Shown: positions 37,117 to 47,478 of the stretch, piece after piece
Numbering within the stretch: the first letter of the stretch is position 1
Layout: each line of letters starts with the position of its first letter
IMG/VR virus record: IMGVR_UViG_3300042484_002423
Length of the DNA stretch: 56,018 nucleotides
Reading direction: 5' to 3' (one strand)
From: a virus
Taxonomy: Duplodnaviria; Heunggongvirae; Uroviricota; Caudoviricetes
Notes under the pieces: generated by a model
Database searches by the model: none
What the model was told of the DNA's origin: nothing
The model's input: the letters and a program-made list of their open reading frames with translations, nothing else
Translations under genes and position numbers: made by a program

Positions 37117-38313
37117 TCACGAGAACGACAAATTACTTACGGCAATTTCGCCGACATAATCGCCAGCGTTACCAAAACTGCTCGCGGTGTTTGTCAATTC
37201 GATGTAACCATAGCGAGTCATGAAGCTCACGACTGGTTCGAATGTTGACGGATCCAGAACAACACCGCTGCTCATCAATGGAATGTATGGGCAGTAGAAT
37301 GCAGGAGCGTCAGCTTCACTAGAACCCTTGTAACCAACCAACACTGGTGTAGTGTCGCTAGCATAAGAGTCAACGAACACACGCATAGCGCCGTTCAATG
37401 TACCAACAAACTTGGTGTTTGTAGGAGCTTCAAATGTACCTTCTGTAGTACGTGCAAATGCGCTAGTAGTAGCACTTTGCAATACTGTCAGAGCAGCACT
37501 AGATACAACAGCGTAGTTACCAGCGCCACGACGAGTACGTTGGGCGATCAAGTTAGCAACACGGTTGATCAACACAGCCAATGCGGCGTGTTCGTCACCA
37601 ACGAATGTAGCTGTACCTGAAACAGTAGCTTGGTTGTATGTGAACTCAGTTGCAGCCAATGAACGTAGACTCAAGAGAATCTCTTGGTCAATTTCAGCTG
37701 TAATTTCTTGAGCAAGTGCGGCCATGATTTCTGCTTCAACGTCAATACCGTGCATGGCTTGAGCGTCTTGTGCAGATTCAAATGTCCAACGAGCTTGCAA
37801 TTTGCGAGTCTTGGCTTCAACAGCTTGCTTCAAGATCTGTACGCTAATCTGCTTACCGCCGGTACCTTCCATGGTAGCTGTAGCGCCACCAGTGTAGCTG
37901 GTAGCTGTAGCAGTACCTTGAGGAACTGTAGAGTATGCTGTAGCAATCTTGAATGGGCTTAGAGCTTCTTCACCAGCTTGCACTGATGTTTGAGCCAGGC
38001 TGTTATCAGTCAAGCTTTGAGCATAACGCACACGTAGAGTGTGAATTTGACCAACAGGACCAGTCATGGGCTGAACGCCAACCAACTCGTTAGCAATAAC
38101 AGTTGGCATAACACGACGGATAACTGGAAGAATAACACGGTTCAGAGTAGCAATGTTACCTGCTGCTGTACTACCTGCGGAAGCGTTTTCCTTCAAGTAC
38201 TTGCGAGTGTTTTCAAGGATAACACCCATGCTGTTGCGCTTGGTACCGTTCAGACCTTCAAGCAATGCTTCTTTGGTCTCGCCCCAGCGGCTTTCTAATA
38301 GTTCTTGTGACAT
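37117..38313 (-). CDS. gp23: Major capsid protein
   Basis: VGVQPMTGPVGQI, VEAKTRKLQARWT.E.AQD..A.HGID.EAE, EITAEIDQEI, FYCPYIPL, FMTRYG. Confidence 0.97.
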   Translation of the reverse strand: MSQELLESRWGETKEALLEGLNGTKRNSMGVILENTRKYLKENASAGSTAAGNIATLNRVILPVIRRVMPTVIANELVGVQPMTGPVGQIHTLRVRYAQSLTDNSLAQTSVQAGEEALSPFKIATAYSTVPQGTATATSYTGGATATMEGTGGKQISVQILKQAVEAKTRKLQARWTFESAQDAQAMHGIDVEAEIMAALAQEITAEIDQEILLSLRSLAATEFTYNQATVSGTATFVGDEHAALAVLINRVANLIAQRTRRGAGNYAVVSSAALTVLQSATTSAFARTTEGTFEAPTNTKFVGTLNGAMRVFVDSYASDTTPVLVGYKGSSEADAPAFYCPYIPLMSSGVVLDPSTFEPVVSFMTRYGYIELTNTASSFGNAGDYVGEIAVSNLSFS

Positions 38314-38333
38314 TTAAGTCTCCTATAAAAATT

Positions 38334-39431
38334 TTATAAACCTGCCAGGCGCTTGAGGTCAATAACGTTGCTCTTGGCTTCGCTATCTTCCTGCCGACTA
38401 CTTGGAACAGTTTTATCTCCAGTTGCAACGGTGACATTCTCTGTGATTACTTTTGAGGCTTTTACAGATCGGTCTTCCAGTACTGCTGGTAGATACTTCT
38501 CGAAAGCGTTTTTCAAACGTGGTGTTTGGACGCTCTCTAACAAATTACGCATAACTTCTGCTTTGTCCCGGTTTAGTGGGGCCAGCAGCATCTCCAATGT
38601 GGCTTCACGCTCATTGGATTCTTTGATCATGCGTATTTCGCGATTCTTACTCTCTAATACGACTTTCGCCTTTTCAGTGAGTTTAATGGCTTCTGCCAAT
38701 TGCTGGTCTTTATGTTCGATCATGCTGTGTAGGTTACGAACTTCTGCGTTCTCATTGAGATGAGTTGCACCAAATTCAGCAGCATAAGCTTCAAAAATAC
38801 GACGTCCAAAGTTGTTCTCGCGAGCAACTTTGATGTCTTCCTGCAATTGTGTAAGTTCAGCCTTTAGATGACGGCCAACAGCCTGACTCATTTTCTCAGC
38901 ACTTTCTTTTACAAAACGTGCTTTGAGACTTTCAAGTTTGTTGCGTGCTTCTTTGACCAGGCGTACTTTTGTTTCCACAACGTCACGCTTGTCGCTAGCA
39001 AATTCTTGAATTTCACGAGCCAGAGCATGCACCACAAAGTTTTCGAGTTTTGCAACTCCTTCGGTGTGCATTTTACGGTCTCGGCGTAGTTCGCTAATTT
39101 CTTCAGCAAGCTTGGTCACCAGGAAGCCGTTAAACTTCTGTGCTGACTCTTTCATCTTGCCTTGGAACTTAACGCGGTCTTCAGCTAATTGGCGCTTTTC
39201 AGCAGCCACTTGAGCGATTTCCGACGCAAGACCTTCTGTTACCATCTTATCTAAGGCTTCAACCATGACTGATTTATCATGCTCATAGCGGTGTGCAAAC
39301 TCCTCACGAAGTTCAGCACGGGCCTGTTCACGAGCTTCATTTAGCTTGGTTTCCCAAGCTTCATTGATCTCTTGACGAGTTTCCTCGGTGATCAGGTTAC
39401 TATCAAGCAATGGTTTGATTGCATCTAACAT
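38334..39431 (-). CDS. gp22: Prohead core scaffold protein
   Basis: E/K/A-rich coiled coil between gp21 and gp23. Confidence 0.85.
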   Translation of the reverse strand: MLDAIKPLLDSNLITEETRQEINEAWETKLNEAREQARAELREEFAHRYEHDKSVMVEALDKMVTEGLASEIAQVAAEKRQLAEDRVKFQGKMKESAQKFNGFLVTKLAEEISELRRDRKMHTEGVAKLENFVVHALAREIQEFASDKRDVVETKVRLVKEARNKLESLKARFVKESAEKMSQAVGRHLKAELTQLQEDIKVARENNFGRRIFEAYAAEFGATHLNENAEVRNLHSMIEHKDQQLAEAIKLTEKAKVVLESKNREIRMIKESNEREATLEMLLAPLNRDKAEVMRNLLESVQTPRLKNAFEKYLPAVLEDRSVKASKVITENVTVATGDKTVPSSRQEDSEAKSNVIDLKRLAGL

Positions 39432-39443
39432 GCCTGGTTCTCC

Positions 39444-40076
39444 TTAAATTTTGAGATCCCGAATGAGTTTTACAACTTCATTCTTAAGGTATCTCTGTAC
39501 CTTGCTGTCCTCTCCAGCTTCTTTTGCAATCTCCAGCAATCTATGACCGTATTTCATATTCATCATACTTTCATATATTGCCTTGGGATACGCATTTGGA
39601 GCGCTGGGTTGGGCAACCACATCGATTGTGACTATTTCAAAGTCACTCACATGTCCTGTTCGGTCGTCTACGTTGCCGCTACCACGGCTAGACACACCTA
39701 ATTTAACACCTGATTGCAGCAGAGTCTTGATCAAATTACCCATTGGAGTAGGTAAAATTTTGAGTTTGCCGCAACCAGCTTCGTTGTCCATCCACATTTC
39801 TTCAACAGTGTGACAAACACGATCAAGATTGATTTTTAGATCTTCTGGGTGATCCACTTCACCCATTACAGAGTATCCCTCAGAGATCTGTTTGTTAATC
39901 GTGTTTACTGCTCGGGTAATTTCGTGCAACGGATAAACTCGTTCGTTAGCGTTGCGCTTGTTACCTTCAATGCAGATGCCCTTGAGGTAGAGATTCTTAC
40001 CGCCGTTCATGTCGGATTCTTCCAACACCTGAATGTTAGCTTGTTGGAAGGTAAGTTGTTCTCTTAGGGTTTTCAT
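39444..40076 (-). CDS. gp21: Prohead protease
   Basis: N.N.RVYP, GEVDHP, LGVSSRGSG, DVVAQPSAPNA. Confidence 0.95.
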   Translation of the reverse strand: MKTLREQLTFQQANIQVLEESDMNGGKNLYLKGICIEGNKRNANERVYPLHEITRAVNTINKQISEGYSVMGEVDHPEDLKINLDRVCHTVEEMWMDNEAGCGKLKILPTPMGNLIKTLLQSGVKLGVSSRGSGNVDDRTGHVSDFEIVTIDVVAQPSAPNAYPKAIYESMMNMKYGHRLLEIAKEAGEDSKVQRYLKNEVVKLIRDLKI

Positions 40077-40078
40077 TA

Positions 40079-40903
40079 TTAGTTGTGCTTACCTGGTACA
40101 ACTGACTTGTTGTTAACACCAGCGGCTTGACCCAGATATGGCTTTGTGGCTGGGCCAGGCTTTTGTGTGCCTTGAGCCGGAGTGTTACCAACTCGGCCAA
40201 TTAGATCTTTTGTGCTGTTTCGATAAGCAGCAGTGTCATGGTGACCACCGCCTTCTGCACCAGTGTGTACTGGCTTTACTGTGCTACCGATTGGGCCTTT
40301 AGCACCAGCGTTTGCGGCCACGGTAGACTTTTTGTTTACGCCGCCTTCTTCACTGGTAACTGGCTTTGGGGCTGCTTTTAAGCTCACAGCTTCCATCATG
40401 CCCATTTCTTCAGTGTCGTCCATTTCAATTGCGTCGCCACCAGCACCAGCTTCAAAACCGCTGCCATCGCCGCCTTCACCGTCGCCCATGATTGACTCAA
40501 AGTCAGCCATCAACTGGTCCAGCTTGTCTTCAAGATTCATGATGTCATCTTTTGTAGCAGGCTCATTGCTGTCCATTCCGCCGTCGCCAAAGCCGCCGTC
40601 GCTGGGTTCACCAAAGCCGCCTTCGCCGCCGTCGCCGCCTTCGTCCTCGTCTTCCATGCTGATGTCTTGGTTTTCATCAGCTTCAATTTGAGAAATCAAG
40701 TTGTCTTGACTGTCGCCACCCATGTCGCCTTCTTCTAAATCGTCGGCTTCTTCGATGTCTTCAGCTTCGTCAATTTCTTCTTCAGCCATGATGTCTTCGT
40801 AAATCTGTCGACTTTTTTCGACTACGATATCATGAAAAAGCTCACGAGCTTTTTGTTCTTCATCATTGATCACATATTCGATCAATTGTTCAAATTTGTT
40901 CAT
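40079..40903 (-). CDS. Acidic prohead core protein (gp67/68-like position)
   Basis: Very D/E/G-rich; between portal and protease. Confidence 0.65.
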   Translation of the reverse strand: MNKFEQLIEYVINDEEQKARELFHDIVVEKSRQIYEDIMAEEEIDEAEDIEEADDLEEGDMGGDSQDNLISQIEADENQDISMEDEDEGGDGGEGGFGEPSDGGFGDGGMDSNEPATKDDIMNLEDKLDQLMADFESIMGDGEGGDGSGFEAGAGGDAIEMDDTEEMGMMEAVSLKAAPKPVTSEEGGVNKKSTVAANAGAKGPIGSTVKPVHTGAEGGGHHDTAAYRNSTKDLIGRVGNTPAQGTQKPGPATKPYLGQAAGVNNKSVVPGKHN

Positions 40904-40986
40904 ACGGAAACTCCTGTAGGTAAAGTGTGCTGTTATTTACATAACACACAAAAAATACGTTGTTTAAGGTATGAAAATGGTGGTAA

Positions 40987-41208
40987 TTACATCGCCGGGG
41001 CGGCGGGAGGCGGTGCATACTGCTGTCTTACCAGCTTGAGCTTTTCTTTGTACTCAACTGTTCGCACATCATTCATTTTGCGCAGTTTGTTTAACTGGCG
41101 AAGTGTGAGATGAGTTTTGCGAAGATCGCCCAGCTGAGGCTGACTGTTGTCCTGCGACACATCCTGATAGGCCTCGGGCTCTTTCTTCCAAAATTCGTTT
41201 AGTATCAT
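40987..41208 (-). CDS. Small head assembly protein
   Basis: 73 aa; MILNEF; own TAAATA 5 nt upstream. Confidence 0.65.
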   Translation of the reverse strand: MILNEFWKKEPEAYQDVSQDNSQPQLGDLRKTHLTLRQLNKLRKMNDVRTVEYKEKLKLVRQQYAPPPAAPAM

Positions 41209-41216
41209 GCTAGTAT

Positions 41217-43007
41217 TTATGCTGCTGGAGGTGCTGCCCCAGCTGCTGGCATTGCTCCACCAGCTGCTGTGGGACCTGCTAGGCCAGGGGTTGCTTCAGG
41301 AGTACCGATGCCAGCGGTGGGTTCCATTTGTCCAATTTCTTCCCCGGTCTGAGTGTCAGCTTCCAGGCCTGCTGGGCTAATTCCCACACTTCGTAGATCA
41401 CTGCCCGACGTAGAGATTTCTGGATTGTCGCGTTCTTCTCTCCACAGCTCTTCGTTTTCTTTGATTTCTTCTTCGGTTAGACCCAAGAAGCGTTGCAGCA
41501 AGAATCGTTTGCTTAGATAAGGAATCTGCTCTAAGCTGGTAAAACTACCAATTCTAGATGTGTCTAGTTCGGCCTGTCGATAGCTGGCAAAGTTCTGTGG
41601 GGGATTAAACGATATTGAAAACAAACCTGAGTCAATGTTGAATCCGCGCCACTTCAAGAACATCTTGAATTCATCATCAAGCTTTTGAGCAATAAGGTTT
41701 TGCAGGCGCTCGCAGTACTGATTGAAACGATATTCTTGAATCAGTGCTGTGCCAACTTTACCGTCGCTCATTGCACGATCTGAGTCATCTGGCCCAGTGG
41801 GCAAATAGCTTGACGGAACACGTAGACCACGTGCCATTTTGTTGTTGAAGTACTTTAAGTCGTCAATTTCGCCCAGATTTTGTCCACCAGGCAAGGTATC
41901 AACTGAACTACCACGACCATCTTGTCCTGTGGGGAAAAAGTAATCTTCATTGATGCTGAGTGGATTGTAACTAGAATCCATCATGTTTTGTCCGCCACCT
42001 GTCACAGTGGGGATTCTACGCTGGTGCATTTCGTTCTTGACACGTTCCACAAACGCCATGGCCAAGTGACTGGGCATGTTGCCCACGTCAATTTTGAAAA
42101 TTCTACGCTCTGGAGCACGGCTCACACGATAGATAAGAATCGCATCTTCCAGCAGCTCTTTTTGTTTATAAACTTTGTAAATTTGTTCTAGTACACTGCG
42201 TCCAAAAGGCCAGAACACATCTAAGCCTTCGTTCAAACTGCAATGCACCACGTGCTTGGCATCAATACAAACTTCGTTCATGGCATGCATGAATCTGCTG
42301 TTGCCCACCCCGCCACCTGCTCCGCCATTGGGCATGGTGTAGTTGGCTGAACCAGCAATTGTACCTGTTACAGGATTGGTCATGTAGTCTGTGGTGGTTT
42401 TTGCTGCCACAGTCATGTTTTGAAAGTTGGGGTTGATGTCACGAATCACATACTGCTCGGGACGCTTGCCTTCGCTTTCGTTCACAATGATTCGCATGAT
42501 CTTGCTCATGTCTACCCAGTACATTTCAAATGTTTCTGGGTCACGAACAAACACTTGATCGCCATACTTGATGGTGTTACGAAACAGCTTGAAAATTCGT
42601 TGGTCTAGTTTGTTCAGCTTGACCCACTGCTGCAATTGCTTTTTGATAATGCCAATTTCGTGGTCTGTGGGCTTGTCATGATACTTGACGTCAAATGGGG
42701 TAGCGTTTGTTTCGCTCATTTGAGTACTAAATTCAGCAATGATGTCCAAGCATGCATTGATTTCACTGTCCATGTCCATGTTTTCGTACTGATTGTATCG
42801 TTCAATACGGTTGGGATGACCAGAATACACTTCAGGCAGTCTACTGGCATAGTTACGAAACACAAAATCTGCTTGCACAGCAGATCCATCGTTTTTGTTG
42901 TAGCCAGGCAACCCAAAATTGTTTTGCCCGTTGATGGGGCTCATCACGCCCGATGTGTCTGCAACCTTGAAGTATTTGCGCCAGCCGCTTTTGTTTTGAT
43001 CTGCCAT
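41217..43007 (-). CDS. gp20: Portal vertex protein
   Basis: LEDAILIYRVSRAPERRIFKIDVGNMP, EDYFFP, VDTLPGGQNLGEIDDLKYF...L.VP.S. Confidence 0.97.
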   Translation of the reverse strand: MADQNKSGWRKYFKVADTSGVMSPINGQNNFGLPGYNKNDGSAVQADFVFRNYASRLPEVYSGHPNRIERYNQYENMDMDSEINACLDIIAEFSTQMSETNATPFDVKYHDKPTDHEIGIIKKQLQQWVKLNKLDQRIFKLFRNTIKYGDQVFVRDPETFEMYWVDMSKIMRIIVNESEGKRPEQYVIRDINPNFQNMTVAAKTTTDYMTNPVTGTIAGSANYTMPNGGAGGGVGNSRFMHAMNEVCIDAKHVVHCSLNEGLDVFWPFGRSVLEQIYKVYKQKELLEDAILIYRVSRAPERRIFKIDVGNMPSHLAMAFVERVKNEMHQRRIPTVTGGGQNMMDSSYNPLSINEDYFFPTGQDGRGSSVDTLPGGQNLGEIDDLKYFNNKMARGLRVPSSYLPTGPDDSDRAMSDGKVGTALIQEYRFNQYCERLQNLIAQKLDDEFKMFLKWRGFNIDSGLFSISFNPPQNFASYRQAELDTSRIGSFTSLEQIPYLSKRFLLQRFLGLTEEEIKENEELWREERDNPEISTSGSDLRSVGISPAGLEADTQTGEEIGQMEPTAGIGTPEATPGLAGPTAAGGAMPAAGAAPPAA

Positions 43008-43026
43008 AGTGAGTTATTTATTGCTA

Positions 43027-45876
43027 TCAGCTGGCCATGCGCAGCATCTTTTGCTGCACATCTACGCTGTTCTTTTGTGCACTGACCATTTCTTGCATCA
43101 TTGATACCATGGCTCTATTGCTTTCGGCCATGCTTTCAAACATCTTTACAAAGTTACCGGCACCGTTGTTGAGTGGAATAACTGCTTCGTCGCCGTGCAG
43201 AGTGGCACCGTATCCTGATCTAGGACCACTAGCAACACCGCCTTCTTCAAATTGAAAGTGCACTGGGTCATTGGGAACTTTCTGAAACAATCCTTGACGA
43301 TTAAACGCTGCTACGGCTTGCGGGTCAGTGTAGTTTTGAATGTCAATTGCTAGGCCGCGCTCGTGTCTGCTGGTACCAGGTTTGCCAATTGGCATACCAG
43401 TAGGGCTGATTCCTGGACGGCCAGCAGCTACAGATTCAGCATAAATCCGTTCTTGGTCTGCAGGGTCTCTAGTAGCACTGTTGATTTTGATTTTTTTACC
43501 AGTAACAGAATTGTATTCTTCTGCTGCCTTGGTAACAGCATTTTGAAATGCATCATCCAAGGCTTCAAAGTTGGCTTTGCTACCACTACGGTCACCAAAA
43601 GCCAACAGATTGTCTATGTTGGTTTTTGCAGAACCTGTTGCGCTCATTCCTTCAGGAAGCGTTGAACCTGCAGGAGGCTGTGTGGTCAACGGTAAGCCTG
43701 TTCCAGTAGTAACACCAACTCCAGTACCGCTTTTGACTTGGTTTGGAGCTTGTGCTCCTCCGCCCATTGCAGATCCGCCGCCTATGCCCAGATTCTGCAT
43801 TCGCATCATTTTCTTGAAACCAGCTGCGCCACCTTGGCCGCCACTGCGTTCAAAAACATTGGCCATTTCTTCTATGGCTTTGTTCTGCTCTTCAAGAATG
43901 TCAATCTCTTCTCCCATGAGTTTGACTTTGAGCTCAATAAGTTTCTTTTGAGTTCTACTGTAGTCTTGTGTGCGCTTTGCATCACTGTCGGTGAGCTTTG
44001 CTAATAGTTCTGTATCTTTGAGAATGTCTTTTGTAAACAAATCAATTTGTGCTTGCTCTTTTGCTATCAACCCGCCAGCAGCACCTGGGGCAGATATTTG
44101 TCCCTTGAGCTTGTCTTCAGGAATGACCAATTCGTTTCCATGAAGCATAGCTAGATAACCGTCTGCTGGACCTCTGAGTAGACCGCCTTCGGCTGCTTGA
44201 GGCACAGTTCCAGCAGGGTCTGACTCTTTGCCACCAAGATATTGACCAATATATCCACCAATGCCAGTTCCAGCTACTGCTCCTATTTTGGCACCTAATA
44301 TTGCTCCAGCAGGGCCGCCAATTAGTCCAATTATGCCGCCTAACACTGCACCTGCGGCTGCACCAGCTGCCGAACCGCCAACAGTTCCTACTGCCTCTTT
44401 GGTTCCTTTCGACATTTTTTTGCCACCAGGGGTTAGTTCGTTAAGAGTCTCAGCAGCAGATTTAGTAGCTTCAGCTAATGCAATCATTTGTTTCTGTGCA
44501 TTATTAATGCCCTTGGAGATAAAGTCCTCCATGGCCTTGTTGGCTTCCATTTGTGTCTGGACCAGCTTGGTTTGATTTGCAACCAGTGCATCTTGTCCTG
44601 CAGCTTGTTTCTTTTGATCTTCTAGTATTTTTTCATACTGTTTATTGATATCACCTTGTGCAAATGCACCAAGCTTGATGGAGTCACTTAAACTACCAAA
44701 TGTTTTGTCAAACTGACCAACTATGCCCAGGTTTCCCAACTGATCTGCTGTTCGACCATATGCTTCTGCCACTTGTTGAGCGCCTTGTGCAGCACTCAGT
44801 TGGCCAGCTTGAATTCGCTGCGAGGCCTCCATGCTGCCGCCTTGTGTGGCCAGCATGCTCTTTTGTGCAGCTTCAGTTTGTAGGTTTCCTGTGGAAATGT
44901 CAGCAAAGCCTTGAGCAGCTTCTTTGCTCTGACTGCGAAGAATCAAGTATGAATCTTCAAGTGCTTTGGCTTCGTTGACTTGACCTTTGGCTCGCATCTG
45001 CTGTAGTACCGCAGCAAATCGTTCCTGTGCACGAATTTCTTCTCTAGCAGCTTCTTGTTCTTTGCGAGTTTGACCTGTGAGTTTGGTCAATGCGTCTTGT
45101 TCATACAAATAACGCTTGGTGCCTTCAGCAAGTTCGGCTGTGGTTTTGTTTTGTGTCTGACCAATTCTACTTTGCAGGCGCAAATAGCCAGCCGAGGCAG
45201 CATTGATCTCTTCCATGTTCATGCCCAGGTTCATCAAACCTGTGCGAGCTGGCTTCATTGTTTCACTTAGATCAGCAAAACGTTTGCGGCCTTCACTTAC
45301 TGATCCTGCAAACAGTGCAAAATCTTTGGCATTTTCTGCTACCAAGCTGACCATTTGGTCCAGCTCGTTCATGCTTAAACCAAGCTTTTTAGCGTCTCGA
45401 TACAAGCCAGTCATGCCATCTGCGGCTGCTGCTCCTGACTTAGCAAGACCTTGATAGCCTTTGCTGAGCTTGTCAGCCATTTCATTGGCTTCTTTGGTAT
45501 ACTTGGCAAAGGCTGTTACTGCGGCAGTGACGCCAGCAATCAGCAACTTGATTGCTATACCACCAGGTACCATCAAAGCAAGAGCTGCACCAGCTGCTTG
45601 CGCAGCACTGGCCATGCCATCAACACTTTCGTTAAATGCTGCTGCGCCTTTTTTGCCATCCAACATGGCTTTGCCTGCAGAAGCAGCAGCGCCAGCTAAA
45701 TTACCAACTACATCAGCAGCTTTTGCAGTTCCAGCGGTAAAGTTGTTGATGCCATGCTTGGCCTTCATCATAGCATCAGTTGTGCTAGGAGTTACTTCGC
45801 CGTAGAGCCGCATCTCCTCGTTGACACGGGCCATTATCTCCGCTAAACGTTCCGCTTCAAAAGTTGGATCAGCCAT
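43027..45876 (-). CDS. Tape measure-like protein with C-terminal M15 Zn peptidase
   Basis: Long A/Q/K-rich helical region and GAAAGAV hydrophobic patch; INSATRD...SRHERGLAID...DPVHFQ. Confidence 0.75.
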   Translation of the reverse strand: MADPTFEAERLAEIMARVNEEMRLYGEVTPSTTDAMMKAKHGINNFTAGTAKAADVVGNLAGAAASAGKAMLDGKKGAAAFNESVDGMASAAQAAGAALALMVPGGIAIKLLIAGVTAAVTAFAKYTKEANEMADKLSKGYQGLAKSGAAAADGMTGLYRDAKKLGLSMNELDQMVSLVAENAKDFALFAGSVSEGRKRFADLSETMKPARTGLMNLGMNMEEINAASAGYLRLQSRIGQTQNKTTAELAEGTKRYLYEQDALTKLTGQTRKEQEAAREEIRAQERFAAVLQQMRAKGQVNEAKALEDSYLILRSQSKEAAQGFADISTGNLQTEAAQKSMLATQGGSMEASQRIQAGQLSAAQGAQQVAEAYGRTADQLGNLGIVGQFDKTFGSLSDSIKLGAFAQGDINKQYEKILEDQKKQAAGQDALVANQTKLVQTQMEANKAMEDFISKGINNAQKQMIALAEATKSAAETLNELTPGGKKMSKGTKEAVGTVGGSAAGAAAGAVLGGIIGLIGGPAGAILGAKIGAVAGTGIGGYIGQYLGGKESDPAGTVPQAAEGGLLRGPADGYLAMLHGNELVIPEDKLKGQISAPGAAGGLIAKEQAQIDLFTKDILKDTELLAKLTDSDAKRTQDYSRTQKKLIELKVKLMGEEIDILEEQNKAIEEMANVFERSGGQGGAAGFKKMMRMQNLGIGGGSAMGGGAQAPNQVKSGTGVGVTTGTGLPLTTQPPAGSTLPEGMSATGSAKTNIDNLLAFGDRSGSKANFEALDDAFQNAVTKAAEEYNSVTGKKIKINSATRDPADQERIYAESVAAGRPGISPTGMPIGKPGTSRHERGLAIDIQNYTDPQAVAAFNRQGLFQKVPNDPVHFQFEEGGVASGPRSGYGATLHGDEAVIPLNNGAGNFVKMFESMAESNRAMVSMMQEMVSAQKNSVDVQQKMLRMAS

Positions 45877-45882
45877 ATTTCT

Positions 45883-45909
45883 ACCTATAAGTATGCTATA
45901 TTTATAGGT
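45883..45909. promoter_or_regulatory. Overlapping face-to-face late promoters in an inverted repeat
   Basis: ACCTATAA(45883-90)/TTATAGGT(45902-09); + TATAAGTA and - TATAAATA. Confidence 0.6.
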
Positions 45910-45914
45910 GATCT

Positions 45915-46760
45915 ATGACCCCAATTTCCAACCCGCTCAAACAATTTTTCAGACAGCCAGCAATCTATCTCAAGCTGCCCAGTGGCGGTAGATTTTGGCC
46001 TGCAGACAGCATTGACTTGCCTAAAAACGGCGAGATACCTGTTTTTCCAATGACAGCTATTGATGAGATTACATATCGCACTCCTGATGCTTTGTTCAAC
46101 GGACAAGCCACTGTTAATGTGATTCAGAGCTGCATCCCTGCAATCAAAAATGCCTGGGCTGTGCCCAACATTGATGTCAACTCAATTTTGACCAGCATAC
46201 GTATTGCCAGCTACGGGCATGACCTTGAAACCCCAAGCACTTGCCCAAAATGCAATCACGAAGAAACTTACACTGTGGATCTTAGACATGTACTAGATAC
46301 TATGTCTGTGGGAGATTTTGATGCAGTTGTTACTCAAGGCGATTTAGAAATTTCTTTCCAACCAATCTCGTATCAGAGTCAGACTGAAACAAACATTGCA
46401 CAGTTTGAGCAACAAAAAACTATACAAGTTGTTCAAATGACCACTGACTTGACTGATCAAGAAAAAATTGATCGACTCAATCAGGCCTTGCAAAACATCA
46501 CTGCGCTTACTATCAAGGCCCTGAAGTGGAGTATCGCCAGCATTCGTACCCCGTCAGCCCTGGTAACTGAACCTGAATTTATTGAAGAGTTTTTGACCAA
46601 CTGTGATCGCAAACTGTTTTTGCGTATTCGAGATCACATCATTGCACTAAGAGAACAGAGCGAAATCAAACCACTCAGCATCAAGTGTGGCAATTGCGAA
46701 AATGAGTATCAACAAACAGTTGCACTGGATCAGTCAAATTTTTTCGGAGCCGCCTCTTGA
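45915..46760 (+). CDS. gp26: Baseplate hub assembly protein (gp26-like)
   Basis: LKLPSGG, PMTAIDE, DVNSIL.SIRIASYG, CPKC...CGNC. Confidence 0.7.
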   Translation: MTPISNPLKQFFRQPAIYLKLPSGGRFWPADSIDLPKNGEIPVFPMTAIDEITYRTPDALFNGQATVNVIQSCIPAIKNAWAVPNIDVNSILTSIRIASYGHDLETPSTCPKCNHEETYTVDLRHVLDTMSVGDFDAVVTQGDLEISFQPISYQSQTETNIAQFEQQKTIQVVQMTTDLTDQEKIDRLNQALQNITALTIKALKWSIASIRTPSALVTEPEFIEEFLTNCDRKLFLRIRDHIIALREQSEIKPLSIKCGNCENEYQQTVALDQSNFFGAAS

Positions 46761-46975
46761 TATTGTCCAATCAGGACATTGAAACATACGTGGACCAAAT
46801 GGAAAAAGACTCGACTGATTTTCGAGAACAGTGTTTGAAAATGTCATGGTACATGAGAGGCGGCGCAACGTATGAAGATGTGCTGCAAATGAGTCAGACT
46901 GAACGTCAGCTAGTATCCAACCTGATCAAAGACAACTTGGAAACCACAAACAAATCACGACTACCATTCTTCTAA
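46757..46975 (+). CDS. Small baseplate hub assembly protein (gp51-like position)
   Basis: 72 aa; MSWYMRGG.TYEDVLQMS.TER; coupled to the gp26-like gene. Confidence 0.55.
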   Translation: MILSNQDIETYVDQMEKDSTDFREQCLKMSWYMRGGATYEDVLQMSQTERQLVSNLIKDNLETTNKSRLPFF

Positions 46976-47478
46976 TGGAAATTGAAACTGTTAAACAACA
47001 CATTGAAAGCTGGATTGTAAACTTTGTAGAAGTACCGCATCCAGCCCTGGGCAATTGGCCACCATGCCCCTATGCTCGTAGTGCAAGACTGAAGAAAAGC
47101 TACGAAGTGTATTTGGGTACGGATCCCTTGTATGATCTCAAACATGTGGGTCGTCACGGGCTGCAAGGCAAAGAAGTCGTGATCTATGTTTATGATCCCG
47201 TTGAGTGGCCGCATGGTTTGTTCAGCAGCAGTTTGGAAGTTGCCAATCAGGAGTTCTTGTTGCCCCAGGATTTAATGGTGCTGGAAGATCATCCTGCAGA
47301 TGTAGAAATGGTCAACGGTGTGTGCATGAATCAAGGACAATATGCCTTGGCCCTGGTACAGAGTCTCAGTGACCTAAACCTCAAGGCTCAGCAAATTGCT
47401 GCCAAGGGATTTTATCATGGGTGGCCTGAACAGTATCTCGCAGGGCTGTTTCAACATCGCAAAGATCCAAGAACATGA
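46975..47478 (+). CDS. DUF1415-like protein
   Basis: WI.NFVE....GNWPPCPYA and EDHP motifs resemble the DUF1415 W..V.LNLCPFA / FHP motifs. Confidence 0.55.
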   Translation: MEIETVKQHIESWIVNFVEVPHPALGNWPPCPYARSARLKKSYEVYLGTDPLYDLKHVGRHGLQGKEVVIYVYDPVEWPHGLFSSSLEVANQEFLLPQDLMVLEDHPADVEMVNGVCMNQGQYALALVQSLSDLNLKAQQIAAKGFYHGWPEQYLAGLFQHRKDPRT

